Counted from the first letter of the stretch, positions 1 through 13,268 are shown. The stretch is 64,000 nucleotides of DNA from Octopus sinensis (GCF_006345805.1 NC_043002.1:15004001-15068000), one strand, 5' to 3'. The notes: generated from the sequence alone by a model not told the origin. Numbers and translations: made by a program.

Positions 1-486
1 TGAAGATGATGTTTAATGTTGTTATATGTGATAGCGTGCAGAGTACTTGGTGTGAAAAGGAAGAGAAGGATTTCATTGTAGTCAAATCGATAAATGGGTT
101 TCGCCATTGTTTGGAAGGAACCAAACGCATCGAAGTTAGTTTGGTATGATAAAATATATTATATAAAGTAAAATAGAGTTATACTCTGATACAGGGTAAT
201 GATAGAAAATATGAGTTTACACACCACTGAATACTCGATAAGCGTTGCTGTTATTTTTTCTCTTTCTGAAGAAGGGAAAGAAATAAAGGGTGTAATATAT
301 TTTGTGGTTTTACACATACATTAATATACGAAGTGTTTTTCTTAAGGACAGCATTTAAATATGCAAATCAAATATTTTATAACGGAAAATAATTACCACC
401 GTGATATAGGGTTAGAAGCTATATAATCCAACCTAAACACATTGACACACGGACACACATATAAACACACACTCAAACACACGCAA

Positions 487-517
<31 letters not shown>

Positions 518-1730
518 CACGCATAATCAATATACATAGAATAAAAGCATCTGTGTGCGTGCGAGTGAGTGCGGTGTATTTGTAGCTTCTAACTTTGTAT
601 CATTACGAGACTATATTACCTCCTATGCTACACGCCATTTGCATTTTGAAATATTTATATTTTTTTATAAATAAAAGAAAATATTCTACATCTACGTAAA
701 TAATATGTATTTAAAACTTGATCACTTCTTTTCCATTTGTAGAAAATCTACACACTAGAATCACTTATTTCAGAGTAACCCATTCGCCAAAGCAGAGAAG
801 CTTGCAGTCTATCATTACAATTTGTTACTCTGTTGGCCTGCTTTACATCATGTAAAGTACTTTATCTCACTGAAGTTAATGTTTGATTCGGTTATCACAA
901 AGGTACATCACACTTATCGATTTTTTCTACACTGGAATAATCCTTTCCTTCCTTTTCACACTTACTAAGTGCACAGCACGCTATCACATAAAACATTAAA
1001 CACTATCTTCGCTTTATATATGAAATGCTTATGCATAAAACTAACAATGAATATCATATTTCTATTGAAGGATGTGCACGCAAATCTCAACCGTGTGTAA
1101 ATTAATATAGACAGTTTTATCCATCATAACGGCATTTCAGTACTTTCCTGTGTAAAATTTCTTGTCAATTTCGGCATGAGATTGGATCAAAAGATCATAT
1201 CGAATTTTCTTCCACCATCTAGTATACAGGAAGATTTAACGGGGATATGACTGATCTTGAAGGTTAACTAGTTTATATTAGGTTTCAGTTTGATGATAAA
1301 TTCTTGTGCCGATCTTAAATTGGTATTCATAATTATCGTCCATATAGATATATTTAGGACTAACCCTTATACGGGCACATATATTTCTTCGTGTCAGCGG
1401 GTAAATCTTCAATTTCAAGCTCATATGGCAGTAAAGATAACTCACCGCAGGCAGATAGAAGTCACTTATTAATCGTAAGATGTCAGGATGTTAATTCATT
1501 GTAAACGTGAACGAAGAATACGAATCTAGGTAACTTAGACTTCTTTGAAATAAATAATAGATAGATGGCAGTTATCGTATCTTTATGCAGCATAAAGTTA
1601 AATCTTTTATTATAGTTCAATTAATTGTCAATCGAATTGAATGTAGATTGAATTGTTTCATATATTAAGTAAAAACTATATGAGTGTGGATATTGTGATG
1701 AGATTATGAAATCGTGAGATTCTTACTTAC

Positions 1731-2100
1731 CTGTACTTGTGGCGACATTCACCCAGGGCGGATTGAGTCGGCTTCTTCTACCACCCTCGAGGCAGAAGAA
1801 GTTTCGTGAGAATATGTGGATTTCACAAGCGGTCTCCAACAATCCCGCATGTAGAGACATCCTGTTTGCCGCAGATTGTCCGCAGACGCAGGGACAGAAC
1901 GACCGAGGAGCCGCCGGTTTCCGAAACAGACACTCCGAGGATTTTCACCAGAGCCCCGTCTGCCGGGTTGTAGCCCTAATACCACTCGGTGTCAGACCAA
2001 TCCACCTTGGGTGGCCCTACCAGGAACCGAAGTTCCCGACGGCATAGCTCTGACACTACCCGTTGCCAGCGTCCACGCCACTGTGAGGAAGGGATGGACT
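1731..2100 (-). other. GC-rich segment ending in a strong splice donor; candidate first exon of an unidentified host gene running leftwards
   Basis: GC-rich island in AT-rich DNA. The minus strand reads CAG|GTAAGT at 1731/1730. An ATG at 1860 is open to the donor (MSLHAGLLETACEIHIFSRNFFCLEGGRRSRLNPPWVNVATST). No family recognised. Confidence 0.35.
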
Positions 2101-2827
2101 TTGGAGATTCACTTCTTAATGACAATATGTTCCGTTTCAATTTTACTCAGTTGTATATGTTCGCACGCACACCTATGGAGGCGTATTTGAGCACATTGTC
2201 TTTGGTATTTAAAGGATCAGAAACTGTTTGCAGATATTATATTCATTAAGTTCCCTTTTGATCTAGTTCCATTGGGGCTTCAAAAAATAAATCAATAACA
2301 TTCAACTTGCTAAATATTTCAACGCTCTCATCAACGTAACTATCATTGTCATTGCTAACGTTTTCAGTAAGATAGTAATATCACGGCAGTAAAATCGCGA
2401 GCATTATCTTAATGATCTTAATTTTTATTCAAACGTGTAAATTATGCGCGTAATATCCATGATGCAGGCGAATATCTATTCATAAGGATCATTATAACTA
2501 TAATGATGTAAAAAAAAATTCATTGGCGTGCACATAATTATCCTTATCCTCGGAATCATCTTAATCGTTAACAACACAACATGGATTTCTCCACGATCTT
2601 CATCATCTCCGTAATCATTTTATTATTACTCGGAATAATGATGCACCAGGTTTTTTCCTCTCATTTACTTGTACCTTTTTCAACAACAAAAACAACAGCA
2701 ACAATAGAAACGACAACAACAACTAAAACAATAATAATAATAATAATAGTATTGTTACTTTGCTGCATGTACTTTGTACGCACTTTTTGACAAGTTGTGG
2801 TGCACCTGAGCACAGTATACAATAATT

Positions 2828-2885
<58 letters not shown>

Positions 2886-3300
2886 TTTTTTTTCTTTTTT
2901 CAAATTTTCTTCCATTTCTTGCCGGGTGTCTTCCCGACTCCTAGGGCAAAGAAACTCATAGTGTATATTGGTAGGCCATTAAACCAAACTCAGTAGTTCG
3001 TTCATTTTTTTTTTTTTTTTTAAAGTTAAATTAAAATGCATGAGCAGCAACAGTTCTCACATCGACAATGCTCTTCTCAATACGTGTGATGTACCAGTTA
3101 AGACAATCTTTTGCACTTCTTGCAGGGATGGTAAGCCAGGGATCATTCTCATATAATTTTCGGTTCCCTTCTTGATCATTCCTAGTGCTCCTACGATCAC
3201 TGGTATTGTAACCACATTTTCTCAATTTCAATGAGTAGGTCTTTATATTTTCTGAGCTTGTCAAACTCTTTCGCTGAGATATTATGATCACAGGGGATGC

Positions 3301-3302
<2 letters not shown>
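2886..3302 (-). mobile_element. 5'-truncated R4/Dong-like non-LTR retrotransposon (C-terminal restriction-like endonuclease region plus 3' UTR)
   Basis: Minus translation ISIPCDHNISAKEFDKLRKYKDLLIEIEKMW / VTIPVIVGALGMIKKGTENYMRMIPGLPSLQEVQKIVLTGTSHVLRRALSM* (one frameshift) is typical of the R4/Dong C-terminus. Flanked by (TAA)n on both sides. Confidence 0.8.
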
Positions 3303-3384
<82 letters not shown>

Positions 3385-3520
3385 TTATTTTTATTATTAT
3401 TATTATTATTTTTATTATTATTATTATATTATTATTTTATTATTATTATTATTATTATTTTTATTATGATTATTATTATTATTATAATTACTATTATTAT
3501 TATTATTATTGTTATTATTA
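3301..3520. repeat. (TTA)n microsatellite
   Basis: Direct reading; source of the poly-Y/poly-I ORFs. Confidence 0.95.
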
Positions 3521-3529
3521 ATCCATTCT

Positions 3530-3735
3530 ACTAGATTCACAAGGCCTGGATTTTGTTGGGACGAGGACAGTATTTAACACGAATCCCTGTACTTTACTGG
3601 TACTTATTTTATCAACCCCGAGTGGATAAAAGGCAAAGGTGACCTCGCGGAATTTGACCTCAAACATAAAGACGGACGAAATGGGGCTATGCGTTTTGCC
3701 CGGCGTGCAAACGATCTTGCCAGCTCACCGCCTCA
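3530..3735 (-). mobile_element. tRNA-derived SINE (family B, Nin-like central domain)
   Basis: Reverse complement of the ggcggtgagctggca...aggtcaaattccgcg...ggggttgataaaataagtaccag motifs shared with the 7349-8155 copies. Confidence 0.75.
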
Positions 3736-3802
<67 letters not shown>

Positions 3803-4231
3803 GTTTCATCATCATGACCTTTAGCTTTAGAAATACTGCCTTAGTAGAATCCTGAAACGACCTAGTTTTGTATAAGAAAATGTTAATTATAGTCGATAAT
3901 TTCGGAACGCAGTAATGTCAGCTTAATTTTTTATCATTTCTAGTGGAAAAATATGCAAGATATTAACTATGCATGATAGTTATTCTTTCATTACATAAAT
4001 GCATCATTTATCAGTTTTTAAGTCAATCGACATAGCAATTCCACTCTTCAAAGAACCCTAAATTTCATTATCTATAGGTATCTTATCCAATATTTCTGTC
4101 TAGGAAAGAAAGCAAATGGTAGTTTATTTACATTTATAGTCGTATGTATAGTCGTATGTATGTATGTATGTTGTATGTATGTATGTATGTATGTATGTAT
4201 GTATGTATCTATCTATCTATCTATCTATTTA

Positions 4232-4315
<84 letters not shown>

Positions 4316-4419
4316 TGATAGAAGTTGTAAGACAGCAAAAGAATGAATGACACCTCGATATTATGTAAATAGAGGAATGTATCTGTAAATGTAATATGTA
4401 ACAATTATTTGGTAGCCGT

Positions 4420-4480
4420 GATAAAACTCCGAGTTTCGGAAGCCGGGGTGGAAATCCAAACCGACATATTTTCAGTTATC
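4420..4480 (-). ncRNA. degenerate type-I hammerhead ribozyme in a Penelope-type repeat
   Basis: GGAUAA-CUGAAAA-(stem II GUCGG/CCGGC)-GAAA-CUCGGAGUU-UUAUC. Stem I GAUAA/UUAUC is perfect, but core G8 is changed to A. Confidence 0.55.
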
Positions 4481-4563
4481 CGGTCATCGGAAAAGATGGT
4501 ATGAAAATGACCGTTAAACAAAGGGAAATTACTGTGTGATTGACCGTTATTAAGACAAAAGAG

Positions 4564-4615
<52 letters not shown>

Positions 4616-4639
4616 TATTATTCTCATACACACACACAT

Positions 4640-5025
4640 GGATAGAAGCACTCCGTCGGTTACGACGATGAGGGTTCCGGTTGATCCGAATCAACGGAAC
4701 AGCCTGCTCGTGAAATTAACGTGTAAGTGGCTGAGCACTCCACAGACACGTGTACTCTTAACGTAGTTCTCGCGGATATTCAGCGTGACAAAGAGAGTGA
4801 CAAGGCCGGCCCTTTGAAATACAGGTACAACAGAAACAGGAAGCAAGAGTGAGAGAATGTTGTGGTGAAAGAGTACAGCAGGGATCACCACCATCCCCTG
4901 CCGGAGCCTCGTGGAGCTTTAGGTGTTTTCGCTCAATAAACATTCACAACGCCCGGTCTGGGAATCGAAACCGCGATCCTATGACCGCGAGTCCGCTGCC
5001 CTAACCACTGGGCCATTGCGCCTCG
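4640..5025 (-). mobile_element. tRNA-derived SINE (family C)
   Basis: Minus-strand head gaggcgcaatggcccagtggttagggcagcggactcgcgg...gtttcgattccc (A/B boxes). Related heads near 36530-36690, 36960-37126, 38700-38920 and 63230-63395. Confidence 0.8.
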
Positions 5026-5227
5026 AAGACACACACACATTTATATATATGTGCAGAGTTACATGCAAACACATATACATACATATTTCACCAGCACTTA
5101 CGCCATAAAATATCTTTATTATTGTCACACAGCCTTCTGCGCATGCGGGCATATAGTTGTTACTATTGTGGTCACGTGATCGATGTTTGAGCCTGATTGC
5201 GCCATTTTGTTTCTGGCTTTACAGTGT

Positions 5228-5410
5228 AAGCATGACCGATCCACTAGCAATGTGCACCAAAAGAAGGCAAGAAGCAGTGATCCGATTTCTCTGGTCGGGT
5301 GATGTGTCAAGTGCTGAAATTCATCGGAGGGATTCAACACGCTACGGTGATTGTGCACTACCGCATAGAAGTGTGTATAAAAACATTGAGAAGTTTAAAA
5401 ATCGCAAAAG
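5228..5410 (+). pseudogene. mariner transposase N-terminal HTH fragment
   Basis: MTDPLAMCTKRRQEAVIRFLWSGDVSSAEIHRRDSTRYGDCALPHRSVYKNIEKFKN resembles the mariner QRAVIRFL...AEIHRRL...YG..AL...VY.W...FK pattern. Confidence 0.75.
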
Positions 5411-5570
5411 TCAGTATGGCAATAATAAATATATATTATGGTGAAAGTGTAGATACATTTTTGCCTTCCCTTATTCGTACATATATATACATACATACAT
5501 ATATACGTACATACATACATACATACATGCATACATACATGTATGGACACTCACACGTTGTTTTATATAA

Positions 5571-5994
5571 ACTTTTACTCTTTTACTTGTTTCAGTCGTT
5601 TGACTGCGGGCAAGCTGGAACACCGCCTTTACTCGAACAAATCGATGCCAGGACTTATTCTTTGGACGCCAAGTAGTTATTCTATCGCTCTTTTTTGCTG
5701 AATCGCTAAGTTACGGTGACGTAAACACACCACCATCGGTTGTCAAGCGATATTGAGGGACAGACATACACACAAACACAAACACAGACATACAGACACA
5801 CGCACAGACACACACATATCTATATACACATATATACGACGGGCTTCTTTCAGTTTCCGTCTACGAAATCCATTCAGAAGCCTATGGTCGGCCCAAGGCT
5901 ATAGTAGAAGACACTTGCCCAAGGTGTCACACAGTGGGACTGGACCCGGAACCATGTGGTTCGTAAGCGAGCTACTTACCACACAGCCACTCCT
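5571..5994 (-). mobile_element. tRNA-derived SINE family A (CORE-like domain, internal microsatellite, CR1-like tail), full length
   Basis: Head ggagtggctgtgtggtaagtagc...gggtccagtcccac, CORE-like ccttgggcaagtgtcttc, tail cagtcaaacgactgaaacaagtaaaa. Confidence 0.85.
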
Positions 5995-6258
5995 AAGCCT
6001 GTAGTAAAGATAAGAGTTCAAAATTGATCTATTTCTATCGCAACACTAAAACGGTAGACTGGACAGCCTCCACATTTGAACGGGTACTTTGAGAAAACTG
6101 GAAGGAGAGTTTAAGCCTAAAAAAGAGTTAATCATAGAAAAATAAATAAGTGAATTTGGCACAAACTTATTACTGGTTAACATTCGTTCCGTACTTCTCT
6201 TCTAGTAAAATTGCGCTTTAATATTACCGTGTAGATCCCCACGGGCATACAGTATAAG

Positions 6259-6862
6259 AGGAAGCGAGCTGGCAGAAACGTTAGCATGTTGGGCTAAATG
6301 CTTAGCGGAATTTCGTCTGTCTTTACGTTCTGAGTTCAAATTCCGAGGTCGACTTTACCTTTCATCCTTTCAGGGTCAATAAATTAAGTACCAGTTTCGT
6401 ACTGGGGTCGATGTAATCGACTTGTGCCCTCGCCCCATATTTCCGGCTTTGTGTCTAGAGTAGATAAAATATTTCCGTGTGGAATATTTCGTCTGTTTTT
6501 ACGTTCTGAATTCAAATTCCTTCGTAGTCGACTTTGCTTTTTATCCTTTCAGGGTCGATAAATTAAATACCAATTTCTTTATTACCCACAAGGGGCTAAA
6601 CATAGAGGGGACAAACAAGGACAGACTTAGGTATTAAGTCGATTATATCGACCCCAGTGCGTAACTGGTACTTTATTTATCCAGTTAGGCACTGGGGTCG
6701 ATATACTCGACTTAATACCTATGTCTGTCTTTGTTTGTCCCCTCTATGTTTAAAGAAATTGGTATTTAATCGATAAATTAAATACCAGTCGCGTTCTGGG
6801 GCCAATCTAATCGACCCCGCCCCCCACTCCCCTAAAAAATCTTCGGTCTAGAGTAGAAGAGA
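6259..6862 (+). mobile_element. cluster of family B SINE pieces, including an inverted segment (~6570-6680)
   Basis: Repeated gagttcaaattcc...ctttcatcctttcagggtcgataaattaagtaccag motifs. Confidence 0.8.
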
Positions 6863-7348
6863 ATATTTCTTGTGGGGAAATTAGTGTGGTTGAATATAGT
6901 ACAGTGAATCTTTGCTATCCTCGACAATTATCGTTACTTCCCTATTATTTCTCTATTATAAACGTTTTAACCTTTCAAGACCCGGTTCTTTTAATTCTCA
7001 CAATAATATATAGACTTACTATTTACATATAAGATCAAAATCTCAATACCCGTCGACGTATTATACACATGTTTGGAGTTCCCACTCATGTACCACCGCG
7101 TTCTACTATAAATTATTCGCTCGTTTGCCTGGAATTTTGTATTCTTTCACCCTTAAAAGCTTAAAGCGCTCTCTTGTGAATTTTGTCGATTATGCTCTCA
7201 TTAACACGTATTCCCTGGCTCCATTTCCTTCATTTCTAACTGAATTTATAATGACTTCTCGTTTATGGCTTCGTAGCTAAACATGATTGAGTCCTGATAT
7301 TACAGTATTCTTCTGTCTTCCATTAACTTAATGCAGTCGAATATATAA

Positions 7349-8155
7349 GGCGGCGAACTGGCAGAAACGTTAGCACGCCGGGCGAAATGTGTAGCCGTAT
7401 TTCGTCTACCGCTACGATCTGAGTTCAAATTCTGCCGAGTTTGACTTAGCCTATCATCTTTTCGGGTTCGATTAAATAAGTACCAGTTCCACACTGAGGT
7501 CGATATAATCGACTTAATCCGTTTGTCTGTCCTTGTTTGTCCTCTCTGTATGTAGCCTCTTGTGGGTAGTAAAGAAATAGGTTTTTCGCCTGCAGCTACG
7601 TTCTGAATTCAAATTCCGCCGAGGTCGATTTCGCCTTTCTATCCTTTCGGGGTCGATTAAATAAGTATCAGTTACGCACTTGGGTCGATATAATCAACTT
7701 AATCTGTTTGTCTGCCCTTGTTTGTCCTCTCTGTGTTTAGCCTCTTGTGGGTAGTAAAGAAATAGGTATTTCGTTTGCCGTTACGTTCTGAGTTCAAATT
7801 CCGCCGAGTTCGACTTTGCCTTTCATCCATCCGGCTGTCGAATAAATAAGTACCAGTTACACACTGGTGTCGATGTAATCGACTTACTGCCTTTGTCTGT
7901 TCCCTCCATGTTTAGCCCCTTCTGGGCAATAAAGAATAAAATATAAGCCGGTTAGCTAACAGAAACATTAACTCGCCGGACGAAATGCTTGCGATATTTC
8001 ATTTGCCTTTTGTTTCTGAGTTTAAATTCCGCTGACGTTAATTTGCCTTTCGTCCTTTCGCAGTCGATCAATCAAGTGCTAGTTGCTTATCGGGGTCGAT
8101 CTAGTCGAATGACCCCCACCCCTAAATTTTCTGGCCTAATGACTGGAGTAGAAAC
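7349..8155 (+). repeat. head-to-tail array of ~4 family B SINE units (~185-230 bp each)
   Basis: Units at about 7349-7580, 7581-7764, 7765-7940 and 7947-8155. Units 2 and 3 lack the A-box head. Confidence 0.85.
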
Positions 8156-8295
8156 GAAATACAGGCGAAAATATACTTGTTTTGTACTAACATAGGATAC
8201 TTTCAATTTCGTAGGAATATCGTTTCTAAATTCGACCAACTTCAAAATTCAAATGGCTTATACCGTTAGTTACATTATTTACATTAGACAGATAT

Positions 8296-8552
8296 TTGTT
8301 GGTTGTTAACACAACGTTTCGGCTGATATACCCTCCAGCCTTCATCAGGTTTCTTGGGGAACTTTCAAACCTGCGTTCTCATTCCTAAGGTATTTTACGA
8401 TGTTGTTGTTATTATTATTATTATTATTGTCATTATTATTATTATTACATTATTATTCAGGTCATTGCTTGGATTCGAACTCGGATTCTTGGGGTTACTA
8501 GCCCGCGCTCTTAACGACTACGCTATATGACCGTATAATAATACTGTAATTA

Positions 8553-8586
<34 letters not shown>

Positions 8587-8720
8587 GATAATAATAATAA
8601 TAATAATAACAACAACATCGTAAATACCTTAGGAATGAGAACCCAGGTGCGAAATTTCCCAAGACAACTGATGAAGGCTGGAGGGTGTATCAGCCGAAAC
8701 GCTGTGATAACAACCAACAA
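8296..8720. repeat. inverted pair of Penelope-type terminal repeats (~120 bp arms)
   Basis: 8296-8420 is the reverse complement of ~8600-8720. The plus-arm hammerhead (8662-8708) has U16.1 changed to C. Confidence 0.85.
8308..8354 (-). ncRNA. minimal type-I hammerhead ribozyme (Penelope-type)
   Basis: AGAAAC-CUGAUGA-A-GGCUG-GAGGGUAUAU-CAGCC-GAAA-CGUU-GUGUU. Core intact, palindromic ACGU stem III, GUU triplet, one mismatch in stem I. Confidence 0.7.
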
Positions 8721-9418
8721 GATGAGGATAAATATTCTTCAAATGTTAATTATGTAATTATGTACATTATATGTAAATAATTGCTCATTTATTAAATATA
8801 GAACTATAGGTAATTACCATAATTTCTACTTTTCGACACATCGGTCTCAACTAATATTTAATTGAATTATTATTCACGCTTTTCCTAATTTATTACGATT
8901 TTGATTATATTTATTTATTTTGGGTACACAGCTTATGTTAAATCTGTGTGTATTGATTCTTCTTTTCTCTTTCTCAATTCTTTTGCTGATCCCAAGGTTA
9001 ACTGATAAAATTTGAGCATGTTCGAATATTTCTCTCCCATCCGCATTCAAATCTCACCCGCTTATCTCATTTCGTGCACCAACCATATGAATGGCAGGTC
9101 ATTATCTTTACCAATATCACAACTAACCCTTGAGTTTTATTGCACGAAGCTTTCTTCCCCTAACAACCACACCACTTCAGTTCCTGTCACAGCGTTCTCT
9201 AACTTGCATATATTTTATTCTATTTTCGAACCGCTCCAATAACAACCACTACCGCCGCCGCCGCCGCCGCCGCCACCACCACCACCACCACCACCACCAT
9301 CATCATCATGATGAATACTGCTGTAACTATTATGTTTATTTCTGCTTCTCATTGGCCTTTTTTTTTACTAATTGCAATTTCTTTCATTTCAGTTATATTT
9401 TTCAATTATATATATATA

Positions 9419-9760
<342 letters not shown>

Positions 9761-9764
9761 AATA

Positions 9765-10330
9765 CGATTTCGTACGGCGTTACCTGTTCATGACAAACTG
9801 TCAAGGCAGGGAATTGCCGTCTCGCCGACATGTCCGAGGTGCGAACAGGACAGGGAAACAGTCTTGCACGCATTTGTGGAATGTTCGGAATTAAAAGGAC
9901 TGATAGTTTTCACAGAACATCGATGAGAAGAGTGCAGCTATCAGATGAGTCCATCATCGAGATTGTGCCGTCCCCTTCCCTTAGAGGGAAGAGAAAGGCC
10001 TGTTATCTTCTGCGTGGTAGCTGTATTAAAAGAAGCGGTATGGAAGATACGTATTAAAGGAATAGTGACGAGTACCGTTGTATCCGGCCAGGGGTTGGTC
10101 AACTGTTTTAGTTATCACCACAATAGTAGGAACTGGTTGGAGAAGAGGTGCCTGTCACGACAGAGATTCGGAAAAAAATGGAAGCTTGTAGTTAGAAAGC
10201 TGGGAGTGATTGGCACCAAGTAAGTGGAGCCCTGGAAAAAAGCAAAGGTTCTACCCTGGTGGTTGAACGCCTTTCTTGCAGGCACCACATTCTGTGAAAC
10301 AATGTCTATCATTAATTAAATAAAAAAAAA
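9765..10330 (+). mobile_element. 5'-truncated Tx1/L1-clade LINE 3' end
   Basis: ALPVHDKLSRQGIAVSPTCPRCEQDRETVLHAFVEC is a C-terminal CCHC motif homologous to the 57.0-62.1 kb element. A-rich tail at ~10320. Confidence 0.8.
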
Positions 10331-10444
10331 TTAATGTTAATTATAATTTCAGTTCATTCATAAAAAGCTACTTCATCTTTTTATGTTTGTCTGTCGTTGT
10401 TTGTCCCCTCTCTGTAATGCCTTTGTAGCAAAGTTTTATGAAAT

Positions 10445-10830
10445 AAAGTAGCTAGCTTACCAACCACGTAGTTCTGGGTCCAGTCCCACTACGTATCACC
10501 TTGGGCAAGGCTCTTTTACACCAGCCATGAGCCGATCAAATCCTGTGATTGGATTCGGTAGACAGAAGCTAAAAGAAGCCCGTCGTATGTAGGTATGTAT
10601 ATATATATATGTGTGTGTGTGTGTGTTTGTCCTCCCACCATCGCTTGATATCTGATGCTGGTTTGTTTACGTCCCTTTAACTTAGCAGTTCGGCAAAAGA
10701 GACTGATAGAATAAGTACTAGGCTTACAAAGAATAAGTACTGGGGTCGATTTGCTCAACTAAGGGCGGGACTCCAGCATGGACGCAGTCAAATGGCTGAA
10801 ACAAGTAAAAGAATGCAAGAATAAAAGAAT
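10445..10830 (+). mobile_element. family A SINE
   Basis: B box, CORE-like segment and the same 3' tail. Confidence 0.85.
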
Positions 10831-11352
10831 GAATAATAATACAACCGTTCTCATTATTCTATTCTTATCCGTATCGTTGCCATTCGGTTTTACATTCGCC
10901 TATCCCCCTTTTTATGCTTGTATAATTATAATTCTTTTTAGTAGTTATAGAAGTATTATTCATATTATTATTGTTATACCCCGAGCAAATAGCAGAATTG
11001 TTACGCGGCGGACAAAATGCATATCTGTGATATATCCATATTAACGTTCTTATTTCAAATTCGAGGGAGGCCATCACTGTAAGTCACCGTTCCGAGGTCG
11101 ATCAAATAAGTACCCAATTAAGCATAAGTGTTGATATAATGGCCTGGCGCATCCCTTAACAAAATTTAAGAGCTTGTGCCAATGTTATAAACGATTGTAA
11201 CTGTAAAATAGCAAGCAGGCAGAATGCTTACAATGCTGGACAAAATGCCTAGTGACTTTTCTACTGATTTTACGTTCTGAGTACAAGAGCGGGGACGACA
11301 TCACCTATGATTCTGGTAAGCTGGAGTAAAATTTGAGAAGTAAATAGAGAAT

Positions 11353-11490
11353 ACCAAACTCATTCCCTATGGATACCGTATTTATTACAATGAGTGGCTT
11401 GTAAATGTATCTAACTCGCGTTCGCTCGTTAGATACGTTTACAAGCCACTCGTTGTAATAAATACGGTATCCATAGGGAATGAGTTTGGT
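11353..11490. repeat. near-perfect palindrome (63 bp arms, 12 nt spacer), probably a MITE
   Basis: accaaactcattccctatgg...gtatctaac | tcgcgttcgctc | gttagatac...gagtttggt, with two mismatches. Confidence 0.9.
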
Positions 11491-12239
11491 GTTTTATTTA
11501 TTACACACGAATAAACGACCATATTTTTATTAACCGTCACCGTGACCTCGGGTCATCACCATGGATTGACCAATCAGAAGCAGCGCTCGCAGTATCTGAC
11601 ATATGTTAGATACCAAAAATATCTCAAAGTGTTCTCACTCATATGTGTGTAATAATTCGACTTACCCCTTCCCTAAATTTCAAGCATTCTGTCCACAGTA
11701 GACGGGGTTATTAATTTTATTATTATTACTGGTATTTTTTTATTCTGTTACTATCAATGTTGATGTTAGTCTTATTATTAGCATTATTTCGTGACTATAA
11801 GTGATTTATAGTTTCACTAAAGACTTGTATATTAGCAACACATCGTCAATCTCACGTGTACTACGAAGCGAGCTCATTTATTGGAGCTGCAGTAATTATT
11901 TTAAGGTGAAGTATCTTATTTTAATTTTTATTTTATTTTATTGTTCTTATTTTTATTGCTGTTATTCGTTGCCTCATTTATTTTCTTCTTCACTTATTTG
12001 TATCTATTTTTCATCATTAGTTTTCTTTCCTTATTTTATACTTATATATGTTTCTTCTCTAAAGAGAATCATAAGATTCGTGTAAGACCACAAGTCTTTG
12101 TGCTAGCCTTTTGAAGAGCCACTCCAGTGTAATGAACTGCACGTTTTATCTAAATTTGCTCATATGGAACCATTTAAATGCAATGGCATTAGCAAAGAGT
12201 GGTACCGAAACAATTTTTTCCTGTACATTTTTTCTTCTC

Positions 12240-12550
12240 TCTGAGAAACCCTTCGGTCATGATTGACCGTGGGATTGCACCAAGAAGGTTGCCCTCCAAG
12301 GTACAAATCCACGCAAGGTCTTTATCGAAGACCGGCGGTCGCCCATGAATACCATCCTCCCCTCTCCATACAACCCGTGTTATCCAAGGGAAGAGCAAAA
12401 TCTGATACAGCTTTACATCAGTGCTACCGCAATTCATTTCTACAGCTCATTGAACTGGAGCTACCTGAAATAAAGAACCTCGGCCAAGAGCACAATACAC
12501 AGCACGGACCGGGATTCGAAAACACTAACTCATTATTGTGAGCCATGCGA
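12240..12550 (-). mobile_element. tRNA-derived SINE (family D)
   Basis: Homologous to 55075-55385 (cttcggtcatga.tgacc...ttatccaaggga...tggagc.ac.tgaaataaag...gattcgaa). Confidence 0.7.
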
Positions 12551-12599
12551 GATATTTAGGAAGATAGATTAGATTGAGAGAGAGAAAGAGAGACCGAAT

Positions 12600-12835
12600 T
12601 AAATATATTTCTTTCCTACCCACAAGGGGCTAAACACAGAGGGGACAAACAAGGACAGACAAACGGATTAAGTCGATTATATCGACTCCAGTGCGTATCT
12701 GGTACTTAATTTATCGACACCGAAAGTGTGAAAGGCAACGTCGAACTCGGCGGAATTTGAACTCAGAACTTAACGGCAGACGAAATACTGCTAAGCATTT
12801 CGCCCGGCGCACTGACGTTTCCGCCAGCTCGCACT
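12600..12835 (-). mobile_element. family B SINE, full length
   Basis: Reverse complement of the unit at 7349-7580. Confidence 0.85.
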
Positions 12836-13016
12836 CTTCAGCCCGAAGTATATAAGCATCACAGTATTATAATATGGAGAATTAAAGAAACGAACTAATT
12901 TTTCTATAGGCATGAGGATAGCCATGGATACGTTAAAAGATGTGAAATAATGTATCAAATATTACTTTACATTTCCATATTGAATTTTGTAAATAATTAT
13001 TTATCGGTGCTTTGAC

Positions 13017-13177
13017 AGGAGTGGCTGTGTGGTTAGTAGTATGCTTACCAACCACATGGCCCCGCGTTCAGTCCCACTACGTGGCAATTTAGGCAAGTTC
13101 TTTCACTATAGCCTCGGGCCGATCAGAGCCTTCTGAGTGAATTTGGTAGACGGAAACTGAAAGAAGCCCGTCATACA

Positions 13178-13268
<91 letters not shown>

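Noticed and set aside
4900-5025. tRNA-like A/B-box sequences as tRNA genes (also at other SINE heads)
   Set aside because: They continue into SINE bodies and tails and lack a complete cloverleaf.
7349-8155. Repeat array resembling CRISPR
   Set aside because: Eukaryotic context, ~190 bp SINE units, no unique spacers and no cas genes.
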